Of a stretch of DNA of 64,000 bases, positions 29,592 to 39,168 are shown piece after piece. The position numbers and the translations under genes were made by a program. This DNA comes from Nitrosopumilus sp. (GTDB lineage: Archaea; Thermoproteota; Nitrososphaeria; Nitrososphaerales; Nitrosopumilaceae), in contig OY763927.2 in assembly GCA_963667665.2 (NCBI GenBank), forward strand, positions 160,001 through 224,000. The letters run 5' to 3'. Position 1 is the stretch's first letter, and each line of letters starts with the position of its first letter. The notes beneath the pieces were generated by a model. The model was not told the origin of the DNA. It worked only from the letters and a program-made list of their open reading frames with translations, and did no database searches.

Positions 29592-29939
29592 CTACTTTGG
29601 TTGATTTTTAAATTTTTCTTGTATTTCCTCAGGAGACATTATTATACCAAAGAATTTTTCATATTTTTGTAATTCATCATTAAATATGATAGCCCAAGTT
29701 TTCAACTGTACAGGTGTTAAGATAATAGTGCATTCTATATTTCTATTTATTGTTGCCTTTGATACTTTGATTTGATTTCCTTTTACTGCGTCTTGAAGAT
29801 TAAACGAATCATGTAAAACTGTTAATCTTAAACCATCATATCCTAAGTTGGTGATTTGCCCAGTTGGTATTATTTCTCTATAACAATCGCTTTCTCTCAC
29901 CGTTATATCTGGCTGTTCTGACATACTATTTTTCCCCAA
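29592..29939 (-). CDS. Hypothetical protein
   Basis: 115 aa ORF with plausible composition. Confidence 0.55.
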   Translation of the reverse strand: MGKNSMSEQPDITVRESDCYREIIPTGQITNLGYDGLRLTVLHDSFNLQDAVKGNQIKVSKATINRNIECTIILTPVQLKTWAIIFNDELQKYEKFFGIIMSPEEIQEKFKNQPK

Positions 29940-30015
29940 AAACTGTATATAACCTTATCAAGCCAAATTGGTCTCAAAATTTCCAGCTCCCGACAGTTAA
30001 CACGAATAAGATTTT

Positions 30016-30267
30016 ATGATGACTCACGCTAAGTTAACAGAACCGATTAAACATCAAAGTTATACTGCTGAATCATGGCATAGTAGACTGATGGCAACCA
30101 ATGACACAGTAATAAGAAATCATTCACAACTAAAAAAATTCAGAAATTCTAAATGTGTAAAATGCGGAAAGCCATTTGTCCTTAATGATACAATTCATAC
30201 TACTACAAGCACAAGGAATGGCAGAAAGAGATATCATAAAAAATGCTGGGAATCAAAATATCATTAG
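30016..30267 (+). CDS. Small putative Zn-finger protein
   Basis: CVKC...YHKKCWE. Confidence 0.55.
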   Translation: MMTHAKLTEPIKHQSYTAESWHSRLMATNDTVIRNHSQLKKFRNSKCVKCGKPFVLNDTIHTTTSTRNGRKRYHKKCWESKYH

Positions 30268-30429
30268 TATATGGAGAATATGTGTTTGTACCAATATTAT
30301 CATTTTTGATATCATCCAATATATCATCTACAAACATGAATAATATTCCATCTAATTGTTCTTCGTGTTGATTTTTATCACTTGGGAAATAATCTAAAAG
30401 CATTTTGTTACCTCAATAATCATTTAATT

Positions 30430-30819
30430 TCAATAATTTAATTCAATTTTCTCAAATGGGAAATTCAATGAATAAACATATTCTCCATAAGGGGTATTTT
30501 CATTACACAACAAATCTGTGGCTCCAAAATATACAAAAAGAGTGTATTCAGCGTTATTTCTATCGTCATCATTGATTATTTTAGCATGGTATACTTTGGT
30601 ATCTTTATTTCTCTTTTGCATAAAATCTTTCAAACAGTTATTTTGTTCATTTTTGCTTTCATGTCTTTGCATATTTTCTGCAATATTACCTTGTCCAACA
30701 TAAATTGCCTTTAATTTATCATCAGATTTCTTTGCAATGACATAAACTCCATCATATGTAGACCAATCATAACTTCCATCTCCACCATAGTGAATTGGTT
30801 TACTCCATTTTAATTCCAT
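30430..30819 (-). CDS. GIY-YIG-like domain protein
   Basis: GVYVI...IYVGQGNIAENMQRH...AE...CN; the usual conserved Arg is not evident. Confidence 0.55.
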   Translation of the reverse strand: MELKWSKPIHYGGDGSYDWSTYDGVYVIAKKSDDKLKAIYVGQGNIAENMQRHESKNEQNNCLKDFMQKRNKDTKVYHAKIINDDDRNNAEYTLFVYFGATDLLCNENTPYGEYVYSLNFPFEKIELNY

Positions 30820-30949
30820 ATCATTTATCTCCTATCACTTTTCTTCCTAGAAGATCCCATAAATCCATTAGGTAGTCCTAATTCTTTAGCCAATCTACCA
30901 CCAAAAGTTTCATGTTCAAAGTTTCTTTTGTAGCCAGAACCACCTCTAG

Positions 30950-32149
30950 CACTGTGCTTATCTGAAATACATACGGGAAGACATTACAGTTTACTGTTCC
31001 GAGGAATCCAAGCTCATCATGCAGAATTTTGACGAGACTGGAAATGGTGAGCAGTACTTGGATTTGACAGAAAAGTTCCAAATTCATGAAGGCAAAAGTG
31101 GTTCTACCAAGGGAAAAATGGTAAAAGAGAAGGGCGTTAAGATTCCAAGAGATGTCCGAGTCTTCAAAAGCGGCGAGGAGATCAATTTGGATTCAATTGT
31201 GGTCACCCCGATGCCAGTTGATCATTCAATTTCTGGAGTTCACGGATTCGTCCTAGAAACCTCAGACGGCATGATTGCCAATACGGCCGATCTCAGATTC
31301 CACGGACGCCGCAAGAAAGACACAGAAAACTTTGTCAAAAAATGTGCCGAGTCTTCCATCGATATCCTACTGTGTGAGGGCACCAGGATCGACAAGCAGT
31401 CCACGATGACCGAGTTTGACGTAGAAAGCAAAGTTACCGAAATCGTACGAACCACGAAAAACCTAGTAGTTTGTGGATATCCAATACGGGATCTGGATCG
31501 ATTGCAGTCGTTCTATCTTGCCGCAAAGGAAACCGGAAGGTACCTGGCAATCGAGCCAAAACAGGCGTATCTTTTGAAACTATTTGCAGAATCTGAAAAC
31601 CTCCAAGGGCTGTACCCGGATCCACAGGACAAGCACATCATGGTGTATATGCCAAAGGGAGAATGGGGTCTGATTGACAAGAACCTTAATCACTTTACCG
31701 AAAAGCTGCTGAATGAAGATTATCAGGTTTGGGCTCGAGAATTCTTGAATTATGACAACCGTATTGATTACCGGGGTGTCCGGGAGAAACAGGGCGAGAT
31801 AATGCTATCCCTGAGTGACTTTAAACTGCAGGAATTAATCGACATTCGACCTAATACTGGTTCAAGCTACATACGGTCCTTGACAGAACCCTTCGACATG
31901 GAAATGGAGTTGAAAGAAGAGAGAATAAAGAACTGGTTTGAGAGATTCGGACTTTTGTCAAATGAAAAGGAATGGCACCAAATCCATGTTTCTGGACACG
32001 GCGACGGCACGCAAATAAAATCCATCATTGAAGGGGCCAATGCTAAAAAACTGATTCCGATCCACACCTCGCCCGAGAATGAAATCTATCATGAAAGGTG
32101 GCACGGCAACGTACATTCTGCACGCCTTGGCGACTCTGTAGCCTTGTAA
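30950..32149 (+). pseudogene. Second MBL-fold (RNase J/beta-CASP-like) hydrolase, 5'-truncated
   Basis: PVDHS, TADLRFHG, LLCEGT, HVSGH, LIPIHT; in-frame upstream sequence HCAYLKYIREDITVY reaches only to the end of the HxHxDH motif. Confidence 0.8.
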
Positions 32150-32412
32150 TTTCTCGACCAGCATGGCGCACCGATGTGGCTTATCTTCAGGTCTTTATCA
32201 TGATTTAATCGGGGAAATATCTGCACTGTTAATGTTATAAACGCCGTGGTCTCGCCGCATCTTATTCCACCTGACGGGACTGTCTCCGGCGTACTGGAAC
32301 CGGAGAAATGTGTCGGCCCTCTAACGTGATACTCCCGCCCTCGAATGCAATACCCTATCAAAATCGATGAAGACTCTCTAAAATGTATCAGTGCATAAAA
32401 TCGTATATTGTG

Positions 32413-33159
32413 TTATACTAAGAACTTTGAAGCGTTTTTCCCTTCCTGAGTAATTTTTATCCATCTATTCCTTCCAATTTTCTCAATTTTAATGAATTGC
32501 CATTTTTCTAAAGGTCTGATTATATTTTTGTCAAGACTGGCAAATCGCACCATCGAATGATTGTCTCTATTTGTAGGATTGACTGAAATCAGATTCTTTT
32601 TTTCTGCAAGTTCTGCCATCTTCTTTTTTGTAATTTTTCCCTTCTCTGTTGTAATTATTCTCAGAGCACCGATCAATTTAGAATCGGGAATTTTAATAGA
32701 GTATGTAGGAACATTTTGAATCTCTTTTATCCCTAGGGATAAAGGTTTTTCCGCCTCAAATCCAGGATAGTTTTCTGCCTCTACATAAAACGGGTGAACG
32801 TTGGAGTCATCATTGAACATCATGCATGCCATCATTATTCCTATTGCCTGAATCTTTGATCCCGATGCCAAATTGGCATAGATGTCGTTTCCCTTTTCTT
32901 CTTCTATGATGTTTTTTACTGCACGAATAATTTGAAACAGATCATGTCTGTCATGTGATTCTTCATCAGTTTTAATTCCCAGTCTCTTTAATTGACTTGT
33001 TATCCTTGTGATAAATGGCCCTGCCTTGTCATCGCTTTTATTTTTATGAACCAATAGTCACACCTTGTCTGCTTTTTCTTGTTTTGCAGGAAGGACCACC
33101 CTGTCAATCTCAAATCCTACAGGGGCAATCTGCACACGTAGTTTTGCAATTCTAGTCAT
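32413..33159 (-). pseudogene. DUF6293/HFX_2341-like (CARF-like plus winged HTH) transcriptional regulator with in-frame TGA at codon 34
   Basis: ATG 33159: MTRIAKLRVQIAPVGFEIDRVVLPAKQEKADKV*LLVH..., then NLASGSK and C-terminal wHTH (LEKWQFIKIEKIGRNRWIKITQEG); stop at 33058-33060. Confidence 0.8.
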
Positions 33160-33224
33160 GATAGTATCTAAGGTATGCACACTATATACATAATATATAA
33201 TAATTTCTCAAATCTAGATAATTT

Positions 33225-33449
33225 ATGAAGCAAACACAAAATATGGCACTAAACTCTTGTGTCGTAGTTGACATTACAGCGAAACTAAAAGTAGCCCTGA
33301 AACTCAAAGCACATGTTAAAAGCAAATCAATCAAGAGCATTCTGTGCGATGCTGTATCAGATAATGTACATCGTGTACATGGTTACTTGCCTGAAAAAAT
33401 AACTGCCAAAGCTGCTTCTTCATATCTTTTGCATGGTGGTATACAGTGA
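33225..33449 (+). CDS. Small putative ribbon-helix-helix protein upstream of the Ubl operon
   Basis: VVVDITAKLKVALKLKAHVKSKSIKSILCDAV strand-helix-helix pattern. Confidence 0.4.
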   Translation: MKQTQNMALNSCVVVDITAKLKVALKLKAHVKSKSIKSILCDAVSDNVHRVHGYLPEKITAKAASSYLLHGGIQ

Positions 33450-33471
33450 TTTTTTACCGGACACACTCAAA

Positions 33472-33479
33472 GGAGGTGA
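33472..33479 (+). promoter_or_regulatory. Shine-Dalgarno GGAGGTGA for the Ubl gene
   Basis: Perfect archaeal SD 6 nt before TTG 33486. Confidence 0.75.
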
Positions 33480-33485
33480 TAAATA

Positions 33486-33749
33486 TTGGAAGATAAACAC
33501 GATACAAACATAACAATTCTTATTCGTACGCCACAAAAACCTTGGGAACATGAATTCAAGTCAACTACTACGATAAAGCAAGTGATTGAAGACATTGTAA
33601 AACATTTTAGTTTTGCACCAAATGGCACATATGAGCTGAGATTAAAGACGGACGAAGATAATCCGCTAGAGCCAGACAAGACTTTGGAAAATTATGGAAT
33701 AAAGGATGGAGCCATCGTAATTTTCACCGATCTTGGAGTTGCCGTATGA
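33486..33749 (+). CDS. Ubiquitin-like beta-grasp protein (BilA-like) with C-terminal extension after Gly
   Basis: ITILIRT...TTIKQVIEDI...LEPDKTLENYGIKDGAIVIF resembles the ubiquitin fold; ends ...TDLG-VAV. Confidence 0.8.
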   Translation: MEDKHDTNITILIRTPQKPWEHEFKSTTTIKQVIEDIVKHFSFAPNGTYELRLKTDEDNPLEPDKTLENYGIKDGAIVIFTDLGVAV

Positions 33750-34219
33750 CTGTTCCGCCGGCTACTTCTTTGTTAATTGCACAGCATGAGATTAATGATG
33801 CAAAAAATAATCCTGTGTTGAAATTAGTGACATTTTCTGAATTTAACAAAGAAGAACTTGCGCTTACAGTAGAGATGCAGTCAAAAATTGATCAAGAAAG
33901 GTACATTCTCAAAATAGAATTTGATAATTACAAGGAATGGCCACTTCTCTTAGAATTTATCGATCCCTCAACCGGGAGGGAAGGAACAAAGCCTGCTTAC
34001 CCAAAATGCAATGACAGTTTTTTTCACTCCTATCCGTGCATCTGTAACCCGTGTTCGAGAAAATCGTATAGCTCATATTCGGGAATCCACAACAACTGGA
34101 ATCTTGTAGGCTGGAAACAAAATCCACAAGTTAGCAGTTTAACCAATTTACAATCTATACTTCAAGCAATCTACTTTCGAATAAACACTAAAGGACGCTA
34201 TAAAGGAAGAATGGCTTGA
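33746..34219 (+). CDS. E2-like conjugating enzyme (BilB-like)
   Basis: YILKIEFDNYKEWPLLLEFIDP...FFH..PCICNPCSR UBC-like pattern; ATGA overlap with the Ubl gene. Confidence 0.72.
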   Translation: MTVPPATSLLIAQHEINDAKNNPVLKLVTFSEFNKEELALTVEMQSKIDQERYILKIEFDNYKEWPLLLEFIDPSTGREGTKPAYPKCNDSFFHSYPCICNPCSRKSYSSYSGIHNNWNLVGWKQNPQVSSLTNLQSILQAIYFRINTKGRYKGRMA

Positions 34220-34767
34220 TCAGAGATATGTTGTCAATATCTAAGAAAACGTCTAGACTAAAAGACAGAAAAAAATATCTAATTTCTTCCAAAGTCATCA
34301 GGGACACTGAGAAGGTTTTACAAGACTATGCTTGTAAAAGTCCGCCTAATGAGGGCCTGATCTATTGGGCCGGGGAAATTTCAGATAATGTGATTAGTAT
34401 AACAGCAGTAATAGCTCCAAACACAGAATCTGATTCGTACCGTGTGTCAACATCACACAAAGATAACTTTCATGTGGTAAATGAATTGAATGAACTAAAA
34501 CTAGTAGAGGTGGCACAAGTTCATTCGCATCCCGATTACTGGGTGGATCATTCCTATGGCGATGACAAATGGGCAGCCTTCAAATTTGGGGGATTGCTAT
34601 CCATTGTAGTTCCAAATTACTGCAAGGAAGGAATGCTGCCGCTAGAAAAATGCGGCATTCATCGTTACAAAAAGAGAGGGTTTGCCCGTCTTTCAATAAA
34701 GTATGTAAAAGAACACTTTCAATTGATTGATCGCACAGACTCAAAATTTGTGGATTTGAGAAGATGA
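34216..34767 (+). CDS. JAB/JAMM (MPN+) metalloprotease, Ubl-processing/deconjugating (BilC-like)
   Basis: EGLIYWAG ... QVHSHP..VDHSYGDD = E-xn-HxH-x7-S-x2-D. Confidence 0.9.
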   Translation: MIRDMLSISKKTSRLKDRKKYLISSKVIRDTEKVLQDYACKSPPNEGLIYWAGEISDNVISITAVIAPNTESDSYRVSTSHKDNFHVVNELNELKLVEVAQVHSHPDYWVDHSYGDDKWAAFKFGGLLSIVVPNYCKEGMLPLEKCGIHRYKKRGFARLSIKYVKEHFQLIDRTDSKFVDLRR

Positions 34768-36176
34768 ATATTCCTCTAACTCGTGATCAATGGTATGAAA
34801 CAAGAGATGATAGAACAAGGAGAATAACAACGGGAGATTTTGAGAATCATGCAGTAGGTATTGTGTTAGATCCAAATTGCAAAGATCTGTTTTCCCACCA
34901 ATGCATGGCCTACATAGTGTGCAATATCATGCCAAGATGGTGCAGAAGACTGGTAATAGACTTGCCTGACGTAGAAAGCATCATACCCCGATATCGTCAT
35001 CAAGAGTTTAAGGAAGTCATAAAGAACTCTGTAAATTCCATTGATCCGTACGGTGATTTTCAGTTTGATAGAATTGATGATAGCAAGGTTGATCAGATAC
35101 TAGTGATAGGAGATCATGAAAAAACTTATTCCAAATCCACTGTATGGATAGACGCAAACGGTTGGATTGCAGGATGCGGGGCAAATTCTAACAAATACAA
35201 ATTAGCCCATAACCATAGCTATAATCCTATAGGTCCTTCTTTTGCATCATGTTTGGGGGCAGCGCAGATATTCGAACAGGCCGTATGCAATAATCGTAGT
35301 GTGGAATATCAAAAATGGCTAAGCTTGTTTGACTTTGACACGTCAGAACACGATCCATCCAAACTGAAGAATCCTGAATTTTCTACAGATTTTGATTATG
35401 GAACCATATATCAGATAGGATGTGGTGCCGTTGGCTCTTCGTTAGACGCCCTCATCTCCCTGACCGACTGGAAGATGGATCTGAGGTTGATTGATAACGA
35501 TGCTGTAGATTATTCTAATTGCAATAGATCCCTGCCGTTTTTGCCATGTGATGCATTACAGGAAAAACTCAAAGTCGATGTGTGCAGTCAAGTACTTGAA
35601 AATAAGAATCGACATATCGCTGCTATTCCTAAAACATATTACGAGTTTACAGGCGAAGAATCGCTTGAAGGTAATCCTGATATCATTCTTTCACTTGCAA
35701 ACGAGGGCAATGTTTGGTCAACTATCCAGGATAATTATCCGCCAATAGTAATTCATGCGGCAACTACTCAAAGCTGGGGAATTAATCTTGGCCGGCACAT
35801 CCCCAGATCCGAATGGTGTGTCATGTGTACTTTCTCAAAACATGTTAATCCATCGTACAAACCCAAATGCGATACAGGAGAGATAACTGCTGAAAATTTG
35901 CAGCCTGTTTTTGGCGTTTTGCCATTTTTATCCCCCGCCGCTGCAGTACTAGTATTGGCAGAGATGTCAAAACTCCAATTTGAAGAGTATCCAATTAACT
36001 ATAATTTCATTGATTTTTCTATGAAAGCACCATTCAATTTTGAACCTGGTCAAAGGAGGCCTGTACAAGGTTGTGAATGTCGTAAACAACAATCTGAAAT
36101 TTATGATCAGTTACACGGTGATTCAAAATTTTGGAAGTTTTGTAAAAAAATCGAATTTAGCGATATGAAATCGTGA
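34764..36176 (+). CDS. E1-like activating enzyme (ThiF/Uba family) with N-terminal inactive-like domain (BilD-like)
   Basis: GCGAVGS, DNDAVDYSNCNR, KVD, CVMC, candidate catalytic Cys in KPKCDTG, C-terminal CEC; ~200 aa N-terminal extension. Confidence 0.88.
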   Translation: MNIPLTRDQWYETRDDRTRRITTGDFENHAVGIVLDPNCKDLFSHQCMAYIVCNIMPRWCRRLVIDLPDVESIIPRYRHQEFKEVIKNSVNSIDPYGDFQFDRIDDSKVDQILVIGDHEKTYSKSTVWIDANGWIAGCGANSNKYKLAHNHSYNPIGPSFASCLGAAQIFEQAVCNNRSVEYQKWLSLFDFDTSEHDPSKLKNPEFSTDFDYGTIYQIGCGAVGSSLDALISLTDWKMDLRLIDNDAVDYSNCNRSLPFLPCDALQEKLKVDVCSQVLENKNRHIAAIPKTYYEFTGEESLEGNPDIILSLANEGNVWSTIQDNYPPIVIHAATTQSWGINLGRHIPRSEWCVMCTFSKHVNPSYKPKCDTGEITAENLQPVFGVLPFLSPAAAVLVLAEMSKLQFEEYPINYNFIDFSMKAPFNFEPGQRRPVQGCECRKQQSEIYDQLHGDSKFWKFCKKIEFSDMKS

Positions 36177-36216
36177 ATTTTTGAGCAAGATCTATGTTGC
36201 AATTTTTTACAATGTC

Positions 36217-37562
36217 AGAAGTTGAAAATGCACCCCTATCGTACACACTGTAAATAGTATTCTAATTCCTTGTCTGTTGATTTTATGATCCTCTTGGCCA
36301 ATACAATGAGCCGCACCAGGAATGCACTAGCTGCCATATTTTTTTTGGCATGCCGCTCAAACTTGATCTTTAACACCTTGTTTATTTTTCGCACTGCCGT
36401 ATACCACAGGTTGCACACAATCATAGAGAGAAAGAACATAAAGACTCTGATCGCATGATTTCGACTGCATGTGCGGGCACGCATCTGCTCAACTGATTTG
36501 AAGTTGTTCTCTATACGCCATCGCTTTTTGTATTCTTCAGGAACATCTTTTATGGTGCGTTTTATGTACCAGCGTTCCACATTTGTGGCATACATCAGAT
36601 ATTCCCATCTTTTCTTACCCTTCTTTTCCTTAAGACGCTTTTTTATCACCAGCCAAAACCTGAACGCTGTTCGTCATTGGATCTCATCTCATATTGAGAT
36701 ATTGCCTTTCTTTTGCCACTGCGAAACTCTGAGACGACCTTTTTGATTTCAGGTGTCTTGCTGACTGCCATCAGGAATCTCTCGCCACATTCGTCCAGAA
36801 AACGCATCACATCTACACTGCTAAACTCGCGGTCCATGAGAATTATTGACTTTTTTAATCCCGTCTTCCTTGATTCTGAGAGCAGTTTACGCACAAATTC
36901 GATCTTTGAGACGTCCTCTGTGACGCGTACGACCGCTATCGTGGGCAGCTGCTCTTCGGTAACTATCTGCATTGTGGCATACGTCTCAAACCGTGATGTT
37001 CCTCCCTTGGGCCTGCCGCTGATTACAAGGCGGTCATTGTGCCTGTCTGCGCCTGTAAATGGGATCAGATGTTTGTCTATGGCCAGCATGTGACCTGTCT
37101 TTCTCTCAAGACCGGATCCTTCCTTGATCGTACTTTCTAACATGCGTCTGCACAGGGCATCCATCTTGTCGGGATCCATCGCACCTATCATTCCCAGCAG
37201 CCACTGGGATGTTGGGATACTGACGTTCTTGTCATCTCTGAGTGTGATTGACATCTCTGTCACGGCCCTGTTGGCAGTAGTTCCGTTCTTGCACATGTGC
37301 AGCAGAACCAGGACGGCATCCTCAAGACCGTACACGGCGTTATGCTCTGTTGAGAAGGGCAACTTTGCACACTTCAACGCATCATACAAGATCTTGAATT
37401 CTTTTTTTGTAGCATTGTCTTGGAAACTCCATTCATTTTTCTGGCCTGACATGTTAACCAGTCAAATCTTGATCTTTTGGCCCCAGATGTCAAAAAACTA
37501 TGTGAATTATCTTGTGAAATTATGCACAAAAAACTTGCTTATGGGGTACATTTTCAACCTCT
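36217..37562 (-). mobile_element. ISH3/IS4-like insertion sequence with frameshifted transposase (36646-37452 plus 36236-36649)
   Basis: 20-bp TIRs AGAAGTTGAAAATGCACCCC / AGAGGTTGAAAATGTACCCC (18/20); LAID, LMDREF, YKKRWRIENNFK motifs; no clear TSD. Confidence 0.85.
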
Positions 37563-37631
37563 AATCCCACCATACCTTACAGATTTGCATCACATCTTTT
37601 TTTGTCAACCGCTCACCGCAGGCCATTTTGT

Positions 37632-38431
37632 CTATATCAGGGCCTCCTGCATGACACGCTCACGGGCTATCTGGCAGTATTCTTCCGATATGTCTATTCC
37701 AATATAATTGCGCCCCAACAGCTTGGCCATCTTTAGTGTGGTACCACTCCCGCACATCGGGTCAAGCACGACATCTCCAGTGAAACTGAACATTTTCACG
37801 CACCTGCGGGCTATCTCGGTTGGCATCAGGGCAGGATGCTCCCGTAAGACTCGTTCCTTTTGTGCGGTACCGAGATATTCCAGACCTGTCTGGTGTAATC
37901 CAGCCACTCCTTTTTGGACAGCTTGCTCTGTTCCTTCTCTTCAATGCTACGTTTTTTTGGAATGCCATCCTTGACATATACAGTGATGTACTCGACGGTG
38001 TTTTGCGCGTACAGATTCCCTGGAAACGGATAGCTTCCAAGCATGAGGGTTTTTGTCGGGTTTGGGCGGGCCCAGATGTAGGTGTCGTACAAGTACAGGC
38101 CAGTATCGTGGATTATGGAATGTTGTATAGCAGAATTTATGTCATAGATGTGGCGGTTGTGGTGCGTGTCAAACGCGTCCTTGGCGATAGGCATTGATGG
38201 CGCATTGATTACCAGTTTGCCGTTTGGTACCAATACACGCTGACACTGTCGCCACACCTCCAAAAGTTTGGAGATATAGGAATCAAATACGTGTATGTTG
38301 CCGATCTGGTCTTCTTCACTGCTATACGTCTTGACATCAAAGTATGGTGGGGATGTGACTATCAGATCTACAGATTCAGCGGGCATGCCGGGCATTATAT
38401 CTGCACAGTCGCCACAGATTATCTTATTCAT
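37632..38431 (-). pseudogene. Beta-class amino-methyltransferase (likely N4-cytosine), frameshifted
   Basis: IVTSPPY in 37826-38431; HPA..P and VLDPMCGSGTT in 37632-37907; frame change near 37840. Confidence 0.85.
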
Positions 38432-39168
38432 AACTTACCTCATCCTCTGTGTGGCGACAATCAGTGCTGGCCGTGACTATTATGGGTAGGAACAGGCCGG
38501 TGCGGATCATCTGCCTACTGCCTTTAAACACGCGTGGGTATCTCTCAGGTGATGCCGCACCATCTTTATTTGCCAGTCCGGATCTGGGACGACCTCTGCG
38601 GTGTCTATGCATGTTTTGCCACTTGTCCAATTCGGCGTTTTTCCCAATCCTGCATACGTGCAGGCAAAAATCTTCTGCAGCCTGGGCTTGCCAGCATCAA
38701 CTGACATTCTCTCTGACACTGGAGAATTCACCATCCCTTTCTTGCTTGTCCATATACATCGAAAATAATTTTTAAAATATAAAACCGTGATTTGATTTAT
38801 TTGACCGATGGATTTTTCTTATTCACCATACGGGTTCTGTCGGACTGTCGGGAGCTAAAAACCGGGCCCTGTCAGGCACGGGTTCTGTCGGGGTTATCAA
38901 GAGATCAATTTTGTTTCATAACTTCGACAGGCGCACCTGAACTTTCACAAGCAGACAATTCTCACACGACGTGGCGTTCTCTGCCAACAGCGTTCATTGC
39001 AAAGGTACGAAATCTCCGGGCTGGGAAACAAAGTCCCATCTACGCAAAGGTAATAAACCGGTCATTCCTATACATATATGAGCATGAAGTTACATCCAAT
39101 GTCAAACCCGTATGTTGCAATAAACCTAAAAAACCCCGCGAAAAACTCTCTACTAAATCTAGTTAGTA

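Noticed and set aside
33486-36176. CBASS Cap2/Cap3 or ThiS/MoaD sulfur-carrier operon
   Set aside because: No CD-NTase or effector, E1 and E2 are separate genes, a dedicated Ubl is present, and there are no thiamine or Moco genes or rhodanese
38424-39166. Cognate restriction endonuclease upstream of the N4/N6 MTase
   Set aside because: Only short overlapping ORFs without recognisable motifs; probably degraded sequence
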